The notes under the pieces are model-generated. The model made no database searches. It saw only the letters and a program-made list of their open reading frames with translations, and was not told the origin of the DNA. Below are positions 14,838 to 23,883 of a stretch of 24,000 nt of DNA, one piece after another. How positions within the stretch are numbered: the stretch's first letter is position 1; each line of letters begins with the position of its first letter. This DNA comes from Moritella marina ATCC 15381 (GTDB taxonomy: Bacteria > Pseudomonadota > Gammaproteobacteria > Enterobacterales > Moritellaceae), in contig NZ_CP044399.1 in assembly GCF_008931805.1 (NCBI RefSeq), forward strand, positions 2,815,370-2,839,369, given 5' to 3'. Both the position numbers and the translations under genes were made by a program.

Positions 14838-14886
14838 GTCTTTGCTCCTCCCCTTTGCTTTAAGGGGGAGCTGGGAGGGGGTCTTA
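14838..14886 (-). repeat. REP-like GC-rich palindromic element, copy C; it abuts or overlaps the aroC stop codon
   Basis: The sequence is GTCTTTGCTCCTCCCCTTTGCTTTAAGGGGGAGCTGGGAGGGGGTCTTAC. On the aroC strand the gene ends ...ATG TAA GACCCCCTCCC, so the element starts at the stop codon and sits between aroC and its terminator. Confidence 0.6.
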
Positions 14887-15972
14887 CATATTCGGTGTAT
14901 CTGTTACCACATGTAGATTCTGCGCACGGTGTCTTAGCAAGTGGTCCATTAGCGTGATAGCAAGTTGTGCTTCAGCAATTGGCACTGCGCGGATACCAAC
15001 GCATGGATCGTGACGACCTTTAGTAACCACTTCAATGGCGTTACCAAACTTATCAATTGATTTACCTGGAATAGTAATACTTGAAGTCGGTTTCATCGCA
15101 ATGTGAGCAATAATGTCTTGGCCACTTGAAATACCACCTAACACGCCACCTGAATGATTAGAAAGGAAACCATCTTCTGGTGTCATCTCATCACGGTGTT
15201 CGCTACCAAGCTGTTCTACAACGCCAAAACCATCACCGATTTCAACACCTTTAACAGCGTTAATACTCATTAGTGAATGGGCAATTTCAGCATCTAAACG
15301 ATCAAATACCGGTTCACCTAAACCAACAGGTACGCCTTGGGCAACAACCGTTACTTTAGCGCCCACTGAATCACCTGATTTTTTCAGACCACGCATGTAT
15401 TCATCAAGCGCTTCTAATTTGCTTGGATCAGGAAAGAAGAACGGGTTTTCTTCAACTTGATCCCATTGCAGTGCTTCAGCTTTAATTGGACCCAGTTGTG
15501 ATAAATAACCGCGAATAACAATACCGTGTTGTTCTTTTAGGTATTTCTTCGCAATTGCACCAGCCGCTACGCGCATTGCCGTTTCGCGAGCCGATGAACG
15601 ACCGCCTCCACGGTAATCGCGATGACCAAATTTCTGATGATAAGTGTAATCAGCATGACCCGGACGGAAGGTATCTTTAATATTTGAATAATCTTGTGAA
15701 CGTTGATCAGTATTTTTGATCATCAGGCCAATTGAACAACCTGTGGTTTTACCTTCAAAAATACCAGACAGGATCTGTACTTCATCAGCTTCACGGCGCT
15801 GAGTAGTATAGCGAGATGTGCCAGGCTTACGACGGTCAAGATCAAACTGTAGATCTTCTAGTGAAATTTCGAGTCCTGGAGGGCAGCCATCAATGATGCA
15901 CCCAAGTGCTGGTCCATGGCTTTCTCCGAATGTGGAGATCTTAAATAATTGCCCAATACTATTCCCTGCCAT
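14884..15972 (-). CDS. aroC: Chorismate synthase
   Basis: 362 aa. [77 protein letters not shown] and [18 protein letters not shown] are near-identical to E. coli AroC. Confidence 0.95.
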   Translation of the reverse strand: MAGNSIGQLFKISTFGESHGPALGCIIDGCPPGLEISLEDLQFDLDRRKPGTSRYTTQRREADEVQILSGIFEGKTTGCSIGLMIKNTDQRSQDYSNIKDTFRPGHADYTYHQKFGHRDYRGGGRSSARETAMRVAAGAIAKKYLKEQHGIVIRGYLSQLGPIKAEALQWDQVEENPFFFPDPSKLEALDEYMRGLKKSGDSVGAKVTVVAQGVPVGLGEPVFDRLDAEIAHSLMSINAVKGVEIGDGFGVVEQLGSEHRDEMTPEDGFLSNHSGGVLGGISSGQDIIAHIAMKPTSSITIPGKSIDKFGNAIEVVTKGRHDPCVGIRAVPIAEAQLAITLMDHLLRHRAQNLHVVTDTPNM

Positions 15973-16052
15973 AACAGCGTTTCCTTTATAAAATACTGAC
16001 TAATACCCTTGAGAATACAAGACCTACGGCTTAGCGACAATAGCAAATCGTT

Positions 16053-16101
16053 AAAAAAAACAATAAAAAAACCTGTGCCCATCAAAGATGAACACAGGTT
16101 T
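16053..16101 (-). terminator. Rho-independent terminator between prmB and aroC
   Basis: On the minus strand, a stem of AAACCTGTG (complement of 16093-16101) / CACAGGTTT (complement of 16069-16077) with an inner CATC/GATG extension is followed by TTTTTTATTGTTTTTTTT. It lies 41 nt after the prmB stop and implies that aroC has its own promoter. Confidence 0.8.
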
Positions 16102-16141
16102 ATCGTGAGTTTTAACACTCAGAAATAGCGTGACTACCGAA

Positions 16142-17071
16142 CTATTTAAATGGTGCGAACTCTGCCATTGAATCTTCGATCTGCTCTTTGCTGATCACGA
16201 AGATACCGTGGCCGCCATTTTGCATTTCTAACCATGTAAATGGTACTTCTGGGAATTTCTCTTGCATGTGTACCATGCTGTTACCGATCTCAACGAACAG
16301 TAAACCACCATCGTTTAGCATATCAGGTGCTTGAGCAATCATCTTCAGCGTAAGTTCAAGACCATCAAAGCCTGACTGTAAACCAATCTCAGGTTCATGT
16401 TTGAACTCTTCAGGTAGGTTATCAATATCTTCTTGATCAACATAAGGAGGGTTAGATACGATCATGTCGTAACGTAAACCAGTTAGGTTTGAGAACAAGT
16501 CAGATTGAATTGGCGTAACGTGATGCTCTACACCGTGATCTTGAATATTAATTTCGGCAACTTCAATCGCGCCGTGTTCAATATCAACAGCATCAATTTC
16601 TGAATCTGGGAATGCGTGAGATAATGCAATTGCGATACAACCACTGCCCGTACACATATCAAGTACGCGCATCGGTTCGTGTGTTAACCAAGGTTGGAAA
16701 CCATTCATGATAAGTTCTGCAAACGGTGAACGAGGCACAAGAACGCGCTCATCCACGAAGAACTCTAAACCAGCAAACCAAGCTTTGTTAGTCAGGTAAG
16801 CTGCAGGAATACGTTCATTAACGCGGCGAACAATTAGCTCAACCAGTTTTTGGCGTTCTGATGTAAGCAGTTTCGCATGACGAATTTGCGGATCAATATC
16901 TAATGGCAGGTGTAACGTTGGTAAAATCAGCTGAACAGCTTCATCCCATGCGTTATCAGTACCGTGACCATAGAAAATATTCGCATCATTAAAGCGGCTA
17001 ACTGCCCAACGGATGATATCTTGTATAGTAGTTAACTCTTTGACTGCTTCGTCAATAAAAATCCTGTCCAC
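16142..17071 (-). CDS. prmB: 50S ribosomal protein L3 glutamine N5-methyltransferase
   Basis: The SAM motif [13 protein letters not shown], the catalytic VSNPPYV, and [12 protein letters not shown] all match E. coli PrmB. The ORF-track TTG start (17113) adds 14 residues with no homology. GTG at 17071 is preceded by GGAG (6-nt spacing) and yields [10 protein letters not shown], compared with E. coli MDKIFVDEAV. Confidence 0.9.
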   Translation of the reverse strand: MDRIFIDEAVKELTTIQDIIRWAVSRFNDANIFYGHGTDNAWDEAVQLILPTLHLPLDIDPQIRHAKLLTSERQKLVELIVRRVNERIPAAYLTNKAWFAGLEFFVDERVLVPRSPFAELIMNGFQPWLTHEPMRVLDMCTGSGCIAIALSHAFPDSEIDAVDIEHGAIEVAEINIQDHGVEHHVTPIQSDLFSNLTGLRYDMIVSNPPYVDQEDIDNLPEEFKHEPEIGLQSGFDGLELTLKMIAQAPDMLNDGGLLFVEIGNSMVHMQEKFPEVPFTWLEMQNGGHGIFVISKEQIEDSMAEFAPFK

Positions 17072-17146
17072 AATTGACTCCAATTTTGGTAAAATAACAA
17101 AATGTTTAATCAACTGGTTTCGCAGTTGAAATTAGGTACCCACATT

Positions 17147-17776
17147 ATGTTTAATAAACAAATGAAAAAAAAGATGCTGCTGCAATTAGACACAGCCAAA
17201 GAACAGACCAAAGCAGCTGCGATGAAAGTATCACAAGCCACGCCTGAACCAGATGCACACGCTCTTTTCTCTGATAGTATGAAAGGTATAAAACCTTTGC
17301 AACAGGATAGCATACGCACACAAAAAATCAGGGCTAAAAAACCGAAAATACAACCAAATGATTCAATCAGACAAGAATCAGCGCAACGTGAACATTTTTT
17401 CTCCGATCAATTTCAACCGCATATTGCCGACGAAGGGCCTACCCGTTATATACGTGACGGCGTTTCTCCGTATGAATTAAAAAAATTACGTCGTGGTGAT
17501 TACGAGCCAGAACTGATGTTGGATTTACATGGCCTAACACAAGAAGTGGCCAAGGTAGAAATATCCGCGTTAATCGCAGAGTGCCGTAAGCAACACATTC
17601 GCTGCTGCAATGTAATGCACGGTCATGGTAAAAACATTCTGAAACACCAATTGCCGATGTGGTTAGCACAACACCCAGATATCGAAGCTTTTCATCAAGC
17701 GACTAAAATGTGGGGTGGCAGTGCCGCTATCTCTATTCTCGTGGAATTGACGAACAAAGAAGACTTTTTAAGGTAG
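17147..17776 (+). CDS. smrB: Smr-domain endonuclease SmrB (YfcN-like)
   Basis: The C-terminal Smr domain (KKLRRGDY.PEL.LDLHGLTQ..AK.E..ALI..CR..H..C..VMHGHGK.ILK...P.WLAQHP...AFHQA) matches E. coli SmrB as recalled. It is divergent from prmB, as in E. coli. The start is uncertain: ATG 17147 has a weak TAGGT upstream, and ATG 17162 gives MKKKM..., like E. coli MKKK. The ORF-track start 17102 would overlap prmB. Confidence 0.85.
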   Translation: MFNKQMKKKMLLQLDTAKEQTKAAAMKVSQATPEPDAHALFSDSMKGIKPLQQDSIRTQKIRAKKPKIQPNDSIRQESAQREHFFSDQFQPHIADEGPTRYIRDGVSPYELKKLRRGDYEPELMLDLHGLTQEVAKVEISALIAECRKQHIRCCNVMHGHGKNILKHQLPMWLAQHPDIEAFHQATKMWGGSAAISILVELTNKEDFLR

Positions 17777-17813
17777 CCTATTTGTTAAGGTCGCGAGTTA
17801 AGGAAATAAGTTA

Positions 17814-18080
17814 ATGATGGCAGATAAACAAGACCAGTGGTTTGCAGAACTCGAAAAAGAAAATAACGAACGTATGGCTGAACTTGAAGCAGCAATGCAG
17901 GAAGAAGATAGACTACACGTTATAAAATCAGCGAAGATACAGGTAAAGGCTGAAAAAGCGGCAGCGTTTCACGCCAAGCACCCAAAACTGAGCTTTTTAA
18001 AGCGTTACAATGTCATCATTATGATGCTGTTGAGTGTATGCGTTACGGCAGGATTTAATGCTGCGATGTTTCTTGAATGA
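17814..18080 (+). CDS. Hypothetical small tail-anchored membrane protein (88 aa)
   Basis: AAGGAA lies 8 nt upstream of the ATG. The protein has a charged, coiled-coil-like N-terminal ~65 aa (WFAELEKENNERMAELEAAMQEEDR) followed by one C-terminal hydrophobic helix (VIIMMLLSVCVTAGFNAAMFL). I do not recognise a family. Confidence 0.55.
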   Translation: MMADKQDQWFAELEKENNERMAELEAAMQEEDRLHVIKSAKIQVKAEKAAAFHAKHPKLSFLKRYNVIIMMLLSVCVTAGFNAAMFLE

Positions 18081-18131
18081 AGCTAAGCCTATTTGCGCGT
18101 CCCGAAAATGGTCTGACACCAAAAAACAGGC

Positions 18132-18163
18132 ACAAAAAAAGGTTAGTGGCGACACTAACCTTT
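18132..18163 (-). terminator. Rho-independent terminator of the YtfK-like gene (possibly bidirectional)
   Basis: An 11-bp perfect stem, AAAGGTTAGTG (18138-18148) / CACTAACCTTT (18153-18163), with a GCGA loop. On the minus strand it is followed by a T7 run. It starts 14 nt after the stop at 18177. On the plus strand only TTT follows. Confidence 0.7.
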
Positions 18164-18176
18164 CAAGCTCAGTCTG

Positions 18177-18374
18177 TTAAACCGCAAATCGTTTAATTTC
18201 ACGATTCACTTCCGAGATACGCATTTTAACATTGTTACCTGCGTTGCTCGGCATGACTAACATACCTTGCTGAAACTCTAATAATCCCAAACCTGTGACA
18301 TACAGAGTTCCACGAAAAAAACTTTTTACATATCTTGCGATACGTAACGAGTTAAACTGTTTAAAACTACGCAT
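18177..18374 (-). CDS. ytfK: DUF1107 family small protein, YtfK-like (65 aa)
   Basis: A strong SD AAGGAG lies 6 nt before the ATG, and the gene has its own terminator. MRSFKQFNSLRIARYVKSFFRGTLYV.G.G.LEF..G......SEVNREIKR matches the pattern of E. coli YtfK as I recall it ([40 protein letters not shown]...SEVNRQVMR). Confidence 0.65.
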   Translation of the reverse strand: MRSFKQFNSLRIARYVKSFFRGTLYVTGLGLLEFQQGMLVMPSNAGNNVKMRISEVNREIKRFAV

Positions 18375-18532
18375 TTAGCACTCCTTTATACGCTTATATA
18401 GGTACCATCCAAGTACCCAAACAGAAGCGGCATAATATACTAACAATTGGGTAATGCAAAGGCTTTTAACACTGCATCATCCTTTGTATAAAGTGTAAGC
18501 ACTAATCATAAAATAAATAAAAAATCAGTTAA

Positions 18533-19000
18533 CTACTTTATACTCGCTGGTGTTTCTAACCACTTTAAATGACAATCATTTCCATTCATCTCTAAGCAAG
18601 CTATCGCTGATGTTGCGAATGCTGGCATATGCTTACCGGCTGTCATCGCTGAGGTTAAATAACTCACCACAGGTAAATGGGAAACCAGTAAGATTGTTTC
18701 ATGATTATGTTGTGCGACTAACGCCTTAACATAATCAGCTATAAATTCGGCATCTCCATAAGGCGTAATGTCTTCACATACTTCGACCTTATTTACCGTG
18801 AAAAAGTTCCCGATAACATCCCAAGTTTGTGCAGCGCGAATATAAGGGCTGTGTAATACACAATCTAACGTCGGTTCAATCGCACTTAACCAATCAGCCA
18901 TATCAGCAGATTGCTGGCGTCCTGTACCCGTTAATTCTCGTTCCGCATCGCTATTCGCATACAAACCTGCTTGGCCATGACGCATAATATAAATCTTCAT
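18533..19000 (-). CDS. sixA: Phosphohistidine phosphatase SixA
   Basis: 155 aa with the histidine-phosphatase RHG motif (IYIMRHGQA) and ...SPY.RA.QT...LVSHLP.V.YL...TSAIA, colinear with E. coli SixA. Confidence 0.9.
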   Translation of the reverse strand: MKIYIMRHGQAGLYANSDAERELTGTGRQQSADMADWLSAIEPTLDCVLHSPYIRAAQTWDVIGNFFTVNKVEVCEDITPYGDAEFIADYVKALVAQHNHETILLVSHLPVVSYLTSAMTAGKHMPAFATSAIACLEMNGNDCHLKWLETPASIK

Positions 19001-19212
19001 ATCACCACACTATATTATCAATTGGGTTATCTACTGAATAAGACTTAGATCTTAACACACCCCCAAAAAACGTTTGTATAGTAGCGCCACTTGATGACAA
19101 AAATATTAAAAACCTCGTCACGCTTATATTTTTCAACATTTCTTTTAAAAAGTTTTCAAAAAATAATTACTTACCGCGATTTTAGCGCCATACTGATTTA
19201 TATTATATGTAA

Positions 19213-19255
19213 CGGTATCGTCTATTTCGGTATCGTCTATTTCAGTATCTATATT
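19213..19255. repeat. 15-bp tandem direct repeat, 2 perfect copies plus 1 degenerate copy
   Basis: CGGTATCGTCTATTT (19213-19227) is repeated exactly at 19228-19242, followed by the partial copy CAGTATCTATATT (19243-19255). It lies 83-125 bp upstream of the M16 protease ATG, inside a 337-bp AT-rich spacer. Confidence 0.9.
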
Positions 19256-19337
19256 AAGAAGCTTAAACCTCAGCATTCATTACTGCATTTGCGATTGGCT
19301 ATACTTTGAAGTCGATCTGATTTTAATTCTCACACTA

Positions 19338-22172
19338 ATGCAGTCATCACATGGAGCACTCGCCTTGATAACTAGCCCTAATGATTACAAACAATACCGC
19401 CACGTCACGCTCCCAAATGGTTTAGTCGTATTACTGATCCAAGATGAACATTGTAAAAAATCAGCCGCGTCTATGTCCGTTGCCGTCGGTCATTTTGATG
19501 ATCCTCTGCAACATGAAGGACTCGCGCATTTACTCGAACATATGTTATTTCTGGGTACCGACAAATACCCTACCCCTGGGGAATACCAATCGTTTATTTC
19601 CATGCATGGTGGCAGCAACAACGCTTGGACGGGTACCGAATATACCAATTATTATTTTGACATTAACAACAACTATTTCCATAACGCACTGGATCGTTTC
19701 GCGCAATTTTTTATCGCGCCCAGCTTTAATGCCGACTTATTAGAGCGCGAACGCCATGCTGTTGATTCTGAATACAAGCTCAAGCTTAAAGATGATGTAC
19801 GTCGCTTCTATCAAGCGCATAAAGAAACCGTTAACCCTACCCACCCCTTCAGTAAATTTTCAGTGGGTAACCTCACGACATTAGCAGACACCGCAGATTA
19901 CACGCTACGTGAAGAGTTACTGCGTTTTTACCAGCAGCATTACTGTGCGTCTTTAATGAAGCTTGTGATCCAATCTGAACTGTCATTAGACAAGCAAGAG
20001 TACATGCTCAGAGAGATGTTTTCAGCAGTTCCAAATCGAGGCATCAATGCCGTGGCTTTAGCGACTCCGCTCTATACTGAAACACAGTTACAGCAGACCA
20101 TTTGGGTTGAATCCCTGAGTGGCCACAAGAAATTATATATCTGTTTTCCCTTGGGTAATATCTTGCCATATTACCAAATCAAGCCATTAAGCTATATCAG
20201 TCAATTAATCGGTGATGAAACCGAAGGTAGCTTACTGTCATTACTAAAAAATAAAGGTTGGGTCACTGCACTATCGGCTGGTAGCGGTCAAACAGGCGCT
20301 AATTTCAAAGATTATAATGTCATCGTTGGCTTAACCAGTGAGGGATTTCAACACATTTCCGATATTGTTGAATGTTGTTTACAATATATCAAGCTGATCG
20401 CAGAACAAGGCCTGCAGGCTTGGCGTTATGACGAGAAGAAAAACTTCCTAGAACAAGCATTTCGCTATCAAGAAAAAATACCAGCAATTAAAAATGTTTC
20501 ACACCTGTCGCAAAACCTACACATCTATCAGCCTGAACATGTCATTTACGGTGATTACATGATGACAGGCTTTGATATCGAAGCTTGTCGTTTCTTCTTA
20601 CAGCAGCTCAATGCCAGCAATATGCGTTTAATGGTGTCAGCGCCAAATTTAGACACAGATAAAAAGGCAGCTTGGTATGACACCCCTTATCGTGTCGATG
20701 CATTTTCTGAAAGCCAAAAACAACACTGGGCTGATGTCGAATTGAATGAACACTTTGCACTACCGATTAAAAATCTGTTCATGAGTTCATCACTCGAGGC
20801 ACTGGCACTGGATAAAGCTAACCTCACTGACAAACCGACCTTAATTGATAAAAGTAACGGTTTTAAAACTTGGTTTATGCAAGAGCATGAGTTCCACTTG
20901 CCAAAAGGCAATATCTTCATTTCCATTGACAGTGAATATGCCATCGCGAATGCCCATAACATTGCCATGACTCGCTTAGCGGTCGAACTATTAATGGAAC
21001 AATTAAATAGCCTCACGTACCAAGCTGAAATTGCAGGTATTAATTACCATATTTATGCCCACCAAGGCGGCTTTACCTTACACCTTGCTGGTTTTGCTCA
21101 GAAACAGCTTGAGTTGCTAAAATTACTCATTGGTCATCGCCACTTACAAACTGTGGACAACGAGACGTTTACCAGTATTCGTAATCAATTACTGATCTCG
21201 TGGGAAAACCACAAACAAGCAAAACCGATCAACCGCTTATTTTCCGAATTAACTTCGGTACTACAACCTAATAATCCATCGAGTGAGCGCTTAGCTAAAG
21301 CCTTAACGAGTATTAAACAGGAGCAGTTACCTGAATATCTGGAAAAGGTATATCAAAACATCAGTGTTGAGGTACTTGTTCACGGTGACTGGCATAAGTC
21401 ACAAGCCTTAGAAATAGGCCAATACGTCAAAGACAAACTGCACCCGATAAGCACACCAGGTAAAGAAACAATACGTAAACTGGTGGATATTCGTGATACC
21501 GGTTCTTTGGTGCATGAAGTAGCCGTGGAACATAACGATGCTGCGCTGATTGTCTATTACCAGGCACCGAAAATATCACCGAAAGAGTTAGCCTACTACA
21601 GCTTAGCCAATCATGTGATGTCATCGAAGTTCTTCTATGAATTGCGCACCCAGCAACAGCTCGGTTATGTCGTCGGTACAGGTAACATCCCACTTAACCG
21701 CCATGCAGGGTTGATGTTCTATGTGCAATCGCCGCATACCGCGCCAACCAAGTTACTCGATGCAATCAATGACTTTATTGATTTCTTCCCGTTCGGGATG
21801 ATCTCGTTTACCGAACAACAATGGCAATCAAGCAAACAAGGCTTAATTTCAAAGCTACGTGAACCAGATAGCAATATAAACGGTAAAAGTAAGCGCCTGT
21901 GGCATTCAATCGGTATTAAAGATAGCAGCTTTGATAAGTCAGAGAGAATTGCTGAAGCGTTAGAAAAAATCGAGCGGGTCGACCTTATTCGCTTCATGGT
22001 GGAATTAAAGTCTCGCACCTCAGATCGCTTAATCATGGCAACAGCGCACCCAACACAGGCACCGGATGCAGACATAAATAGAGATGAAGAACATCCTGTA
22101 GACAAGTTTGAAGGTTCCTACATAACGGATGTAGAAACCTTCCAACAACAGAGTAATATCTTTGAGCTTTAA
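19338..22172 (+). CDS. ptrA: M16 family zinc metalloprotease (pitrilysin / insulin-degrading-enzyme-like)
   Basis: 944 aa with the inverted zinc motif HxxEH (GLAHLLEHMLFLGTDKYP) and ERERHAVDSEY. It is colinear with E. coli protease III from about mature residue 10 onward (YKQYRHVTLPNGLVVLLIQD vs RQYQAIRLDNGMVVLLVSD), and no signal peptide is present. The ATG lacks an obvious SD. An in-frame TTG at 19365 with GGAG 8 nt upstream is an alternative start. Confidence 0.88.
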   Translation: MQSSHGALALITSPNDYKQYRHVTLPNGLVVLLIQDEHCKKSAASMSVAVGHFDDPLQHEGLAHLLEHMLFLGTDKYPTPGEYQSFISMHGGSNNAWTGTEYTNYYFDINNNYFHNALDRFAQFFIAPSFNADLLERERHAVDSEYKLKLKDDVRRFYQAHKETVNPTHPFSKFSVGNLTTLADTADYTLREELLRFYQQHYCASLMKLVIQSELSLDKQEYMLREMFSAVPNRGINAVALATPLYTETQLQQTIWVESLSGHKKLYICFPLGNILPYYQIKPLSYISQLIGDETEGSLLSLLKNKGWVTALSAGSGQTGANFKDYNVIVGLTSEGFQHISDIVECCLQYIKLIAEQGLQAWRYDEKKNFLEQAFRYQEKIPAIKNVSHLSQNLHIYQPEHVIYGDYMMTGFDIEACRFFLQQLNASNMRLMVSAPNLDTDKKAAWYDTPYRVDAFSESQKQHWADVELNEHFALPIKNLFMSSSLEALALDKANLTDKPTLIDKSNGFKTWFMQEHEFHLPKGNIFISIDSEYAIANAHNIAMTRLAVELLMEQLNSLTYQAEIAGINYHIYAHQGGFTLHLAGFAQKQLELLKLLIGHRHLQTVDNETFTSIRNQLLISWENHKQAKPINRLFSELTSVLQPNNPSSERLAKALTSIKQEQLPEYLEKVYQNISVEVLVHGDWHKSQALEIGQYVKDKLHPISTPGKETIRKLVDIRDTGSLVHEVAVEHNDAALIVYYQAPKISPKELAYYSLANHVMSSKFFYELRTQQQLGYVVGTGNIPLNRHAGLMFYVQSPHTAPTKLLDAINDFIDFFPFGMISFTEQQWQSSKQGLISKLREPDSNINGKSKRLWHSIGIKDSSFDKSERIAEALEKIERVDLIRFMVELKSRTSDRLIMATAHPTQAPDADINRDEEHPVDKFEGSYITDVETFQQQSNIFEL

Positions 22173-22182
22173 ACGCTAAATG

Positions 22183-22224
22183 AAAAAAGGCGCTGTCGGT
22201 ATCCTCCCACAGCGCCTTTCTTTT
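22183..22224 (+). terminator. Rho-independent terminator of the protease gene (A-run upstream, so possibly bidirectional)
   Basis: The stem GGCGCTGT (22189-22196) / ACAGCGCC (22209-22216) has a 12-nt loop, is followed by TTTCTTTT and is preceded by AAAAAA. Confidence 0.75.
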
Positions 22225-22276
22225 ATCACTTTATCATTAACCTAGTTAGCGACTTAGCTATTCACTTATTAACTGC

Positions 22277-22900
22277 TTAGCTGCTTAGACCGATGAAGCC
22301 ACCCAGCGTGATCAATAGACCACCTGTCGCTTTATTAATTTTGTCTTGATAGCGGTTCAACATTTGCTTTAGCGTACCGCGATTTAGCAAGATAATGAAA
22401 CACGACCACAATACGGCTGTTTCTACAAAAATAGATAAGCTGATTAATAATTTATCTGATGTTGGTGTTTCAGGCGCGATAACTTGACTAAATGCAGCCA
22501 CCATAAACATCAATATTTTAGGGTTTAACAAATTACACAACAAGCCATCTAAATACGCTTTCAATGGACGGTAATTTAACGTACCCGCATCCACTTCAAT
22601 TTCGCTTTTACCAGCACGCAGTGATTTAATACCAATATAAATAAGGTAAGCAGCACCTAACCAACGTACAACATTAAACAACATTGGGTTGCTTGAAATC
22701 AATAATGAAATACCGAACAAACCTAACATCATGTGCACAGCGAGACCGCTAATAATGCCACCAACACAGTACCAAGCAGCACGTTTAGCATTGAGGCTAC
22801 CGTATTTTAGAACTAACATCATGTCAGGCCCAGGGCTGAGCATACCAAAGAAGTTAATAATTAATAAAGACACTATAATTTCGTACATGAGGTTCACCAT
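22277..22900 (-). CDS. LysE/RhtB family amino-acid (or homoserine-lactone) efflux protein
   Basis: About 205 aa with 6 hydrophobic segments and the N-terminal family motif FGMLSPGPDMMLV. The start is either ATG 22900 or ATG 22888; the latter has GGTGA 5 nt upstream. Confidence 0.8.
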   Translation of the reverse strand: MVNLMYEIIVSLLIINFFGMLSPGPDMMLVLKYGSLNAKRAAWYCVGGIISGLAVHMMLGLFGISLLISSNPMLFNVVRWLGAAYLIYIGIKSLRAGKSEIEVDAGTLNYRPLKAYLDGLLCNLLNPKILMFMVAAFSQVIAPETPTSDKLLISLSIFVETAVLWSCFIILLNRGTLKQMLNRYQDKINKATGGLLITLGGFIGLSS

Positions 22901-22956
22901 TCCATTGCGTTACAGTGATAATAGACCCCATATTGAAATGAATAAAATGACTTCTT

Positions 22957-23883
22957 TTACTCCTCTGTAGTCCCATTTGGAATATTGCTACTTAATTGAG
23001 CATGTAGTTCGTCGCGCAGCCATTTATGTGCCAGATCATGGTCAAAACGCGGGTGCCAGATGATTGCAGCCTGTAAGATCGGTAATTTAATCGGTAATTT
23101 TTTCCGTGTGAACTGCTCACCAATAATGAGTTTATCAGCTATCGAATTAGGAATGGTTAATAAATGGTCTGTTTTAGCAATAATACTAAAGGCCGAAGAA
23201 TAAGATGGGATCCGTAATGCCACGTCTCTAAATAGCCCTTGTGCCGACAGCGCCACGTCAATATCACTGGATTTGTCTGCGCCCGAGGTAATAATACCGT
23301 GTGGATACTGAGTGTAATTAGACAGTGTTAACGGTACCTGCTCTAACGGATGGCCTTGACGCATAATACACACATAACTGTCTTGTTCTAGTGGTAAGTA
23401 CGACAAGTGTTTATGTTCAGGGCGAATAATCGTCGCCCCTAAATCTATCTCGCCACGCTCCATCGCTGCCAAGGTAAACTTATCCCAATAGGTCAGGTTA
23501 AGTTTAATATTAGGGGCTTGTTGGTACAGGTGCGCCACCGCAACCGGCAGAATATAATCGGTCACATAGTCGGTTGAAGCGATCGTGAATTCACGTTGCG
23601 ATTGCACAGGATCAAAGCCGCCCGTCACTAACAGACCATCAATGTTATTTAAGATCTGCGCTAGTACTGGTTTTAACTGTTTGGCTTTTTCAGTCAATTG
23701 ACTTTTATTATCAATTTTGATCAGCAAGGGATCGGCAAATATCTCGCGTAATTTAGCCAAGTTTTTGCTCATTGCCGACTGGGTAATAAATTGCCGCTGT
23801 GCCGCCGCTGTGACTTGCTGTTCTTGCAACAAGTACTGCAAACTAAGTAATAAATTAAGGTTGATACGTTGTAAATTAATCAT
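22957..23883 (-). CDS. LysR-family transcriptional regulator
   Basis: 308 aa with an N-terminal wHTH (LNLLLSLQYLLQEQQVTAAAQRQFITQSAMSKNLAKLRE) and a C-terminal substrate-binding-type domain. Its ATG overlaps the stop of the upstream partial ORF (ATGATTAA). Confidence 0.85.
   Translation of the reverse strand: MINLQRINLNLLLSLQYLLQEQQVTAAAQRQFITQSAMSKNLAKLREIFADPLLIKIDNKSQLTEKAKQLKPVLAQILNNIDGLLVTGGFDPVQSQREFTIASTDYVTDYILPVAVAHLYQQAPNIKLNLTYWDKFTLAAMERGEIDLGATIIRPEHKHLSYLPLEQDSYVCIMRQGHPLEQVPLTLSNYTQYPHGIITSGADKSSDIDVALSAQGLFRDVALRIPSYSSAFSIIAKTDHLLTIPNSIADKLIIGEQFTRKKLPIKLPILQAAIIWHPRFDHDLAHKWLRDELHAQLSSNIPNGTTEE

Noticed and set aside
15858-16118. An 86-aa minus-strand ORF spanning the aroC start and the prmB terminator.
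   Set aside because: It overlaps the well-supported aroC N-terminus out of frame and runs through a terminator hairpin and its T-run. It is an artefact.
19091-19309. A 72-aa ORF in the sixA/protease spacer.
   Set aside because: It is a low-complexity, AT-rich translation (FSTFLLKSFQKII...). It contains the 15-bp tandem repeat read as GIVYFGIVYF, has no SD, and overlaps the likely promoter region. It is most likely spurious.
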